The notes below the pieces were generated by a model, which saw only the letters and a list, made by a program, of their open reading frames with translations, was not told the DNA's origin and searched no databases. A stretch of DNA of 64,000 nucleotides from Zootoca vivipara (taxonomy: Eukaryota), in contig NC_083288.1 in NCBI RefSeq assembly GCF_963506605.1, positions 25,234,001 through 25,298,000 of the forward strand, in the 5' to 3' direction. A program made the position numbers and the translations under genes. This document shows, piece after piece, positions 61,340-64,000 of this stretch. Every line of letters begins with the position of its first letter. Position 1 is the stretch's first letter.

Positions 61340-62268
61340 CTGAAGCAGGGAGATAGAAAGTGGGGTGGGGAGAAGAGAAATCACATCTGTTATTGAAATG
61401 CGGCTGTTGGCCAAGTGCTTAGAGGATCATTTTTTCTTTACAGTTGGATGGCCTAACTTGGTACCCTTTTGCACCTTCCCCCAGAGCTTAGAGAAGCTAA
61501 GAAGCTTTCTAAAGAGAGATCAAACATTCCTTGAAATACAGAGTACCAGTCTTCACAACATTAAATATAGAGAACTCTAGATTAGGGTGGGACTCCCATT
61601 AGCCTCAGCTAGCATGGCAAGTAGTTCAGGATAATGGGATTTGCATCTATGGGGCTATAAGCTCCCCATGCCTGCAAGTTGGGAACACTGAAGGGGAGAA
61701 GAACTGAAGTTCCGGGGCCTGTGTCTTAAGGAGGAGGGGATTGTGGATCATCTATTTCCATGAGCAGGAATTATCCTAAACAATTACAGTACACCCTTTA
61801 ACAATCCTTGAAGAAAGGACACAATGACAGCTAGAGGTATCTAAGGTTAATACCCTGACATGCTAATCAATATGTTCCAAAAGAAATCAAGAAAGAATGA
61901 GGCCAAGGGAAGCAGAAGGGATGAGCCACCTGTCTCAGAAACAGTCTTCATCTGCAGTTAGTCTTCCATATTCTGTCTCTGCGTTGCCCATGGAATTTGG
62001 TGGAACAGACACTGATACAATTGCAGCCAAGACAAGCCATGCCAGAATAGGCATCTGGGTTGGTGCAACTGCGCTAGGGGCATCACCACTCTTCCAGGAG
62101 GGGAAGCAACTATGAAGTGCAGACAACAGACCCTGCTAAAATGGCTACAGATATTCCTGCTCCCACAGAACTTGGTGCAAGCATGCAAGGGCTTCTTCCC
62201 ATCTCCTTCCCACCTGTTCTGCCCCCTCCCTCAGCCCAAGCTGAGCAAGTAGTAAGCCAGCTTCTCAC

Positions 62269-62415
62269 CTGCCACTGGATGTTGGTGGAGAGGTTTGAGA
62301 GGTCCAGCTGGAGGTCAGTCACTCTCTTAGAGAAACTTGGCAGCATCTGGGCAACGTGCGAGAGGCTGTGCAGGTAGGTGCTGAGGCCTGCCTGTATCTG
62401 GTTGAAGCAATCTTC
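62269..62415 (-). CDS. CSF3: CSF3 penultimate exon: EDCFNQIQAGLSTYLHSLSHVAQMLPSFSKRVTDLQLDLSNLSTNIQWQ
   Basis: TTGCAG acceptor, GTGAGA donor; 147 nt, phase 0; C..QI.AGL..Y and LQLD..NL..NIQ motifs of the G-CSF family. Upstream exons not found in the window. Confidence 0.9.
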
Positions 62416-64000
62416 CTGCAAGAACAAGATTTAAGGGTGGGGAAGAAGGGTTACAGCTTTTGTCTGGATTGATCTCTCTCGCTCACACACAAAACTTTCC
62501 CTGGTTCCCATTTAGGCTGGAGACCACAATTTTTCATATCCAGAGTGTTGACAGTATTTTAAAAAGGGGACTTGTTTAAATTATTTAGGACATTCATTCT
62601 CAGGGCAGTTAAGATACAGTCAATCCATTTTTGTGTCTACAGAGCAAGATCATTACAGTGAGGCAGAAATGTGTTTCCAGGTAGGCTGATGAGGATCTTT
62701 TATAGAACTACAATTCCCATGAACCTGAGCAAACACAGCCAATGGCCAGAGATTATGGGAGCTGTAGTTCAGCCATTTCAGTAGGGACACAAATTTCTTC
62801 ACACCTAATGTGGATCAATGAAAGCAATGCCTCTCAAACCAGTTTAAACTCTTAAACACTATACACAACAACCCAATTTAGGGTGTGTTGTGAGTGCAAG
62901 TAAAACCATGTGAGGTGAGATATTAGAAGTGGCTCAGTTTGATCATATGTGGTGGTGGGAGAGAGCAGAAGAACAAATGAACAAGTTCAAGTTGGTATAA
63001 AGGAGAATGCTCAGTTTCCCCTGCCAAAGAACAAAGCAGAAAGAGGCTACAGGTTTAAATATTAACTTAAGGTGGGAAAATTAAGAGGGTCACTCAGAAG
63101 AAGTGGCAAGAGGATAAAAAGTTTTCCCATAGTAGGCAAGCCAAGACATTGACATTCCTTACGTACAAAGGCATAGCAGTCCAACATCTATGTTATTGCT
63201 CAAGCTTTCGCCGAGCAGGCCGGCAGCAATAAGATTGTTAAGAAATATTTGCTATGTGCTAAGAAAACATGAAGGGGATTTTTTCTCTGCATGTTCTTAT
63301 CAGGGATACTTAACTATTTGGTAATAGTCCTCTCTTCTTGAGAAGTTGAATACACATGTTACAGACGTATGCCCTGAACATCCCCTGGAAATAAGGGTAC
63401 CCCTCACCAAACCTCATTTGAGCCCATTATCAGCCTCAACTCATTTTGAGTGCTAGGAGGGGACCTAGGGAAGAGTATTTGGGTATTTGAGCATGTATGG
63501 AGTCTTCTTCCTTCGTCACTGGTTAACTATAACCAAACTTTGTAATGAATGGGCAGGGCTTCTAGATAAGAATCACTGAGGCTAATATGTATCTAAACAG
63601 CTAGCCTTAAAGTGCAATTTGTTTTAATTTGCTGATGGCTACCAATTTCATAGCCCACGCTCAACTGAATGTGCATATGTAGTTCTAAAGAGAAAGCATG
63701 TATTGAATATAAACAGAGAATCCATGTGGCACCTAGGCATTCATTTTGGAAGAGGGTTGTCTGTGTGTGCGTGCACAACTAAGACTGCACCTATAACCAG
63801 CAATTTTATTGTGTGGGTGGGGAGGGCAGTCATTACTATAAGTCAGTAGCCCAGTAGAGAAAAAAAATGCTCCTGGTTGATTTGTAATAAAGTTGTCCAA
63901 TATATCAGTGAACATACTACAGTAATGCTAGATATTCTGGTGCAGTGGGCTCTAATCCATTATAAATGCAGTGAAGCCATCAGGGCTGGACTTTGGGGGC

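Overview
Vertebrate nuclear DNA from a squamate reptile, probably a lacertid lizard (Sauria SINEs, BovB, CR1, L2, Penelope-like elements and many hAT/Tc1-mariner MITEs). The + strand carries 24 coding exons of MED24 (Mediator subunit 24/TRAP100), 4488-47483. They splice into one open frame of 2834 nt, and the first coding exon lies upstream of the window. One intron is GC-AG and one acceptor is NAGNAG. An intronic C/D-box snoRNA, the likely SNORD124 orthologue, sits at about 31413-31510. The - strand carries the last two coding exons and 3' UTR of CSF3 (G-CSF/cMGF-like), tail-to-tail with MED24 as in mammals. That UTR has AU-rich elements and a hairpin matching the G-CSF stem-loop destabilising element. 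Less obvious items are two unrelated non-autonomous Helitrons with structured internal repeats and Penelope-like element termini carrying minimal hammerhead-ribozyme motifs, one arranged as an 85-bp-arm hairpin. There is a 262-N gap at 38021-38282. I see no new multi-gene system; the best leads are RNA-level and mobile-element features. Homologies are recognised from memory, not from database searches.
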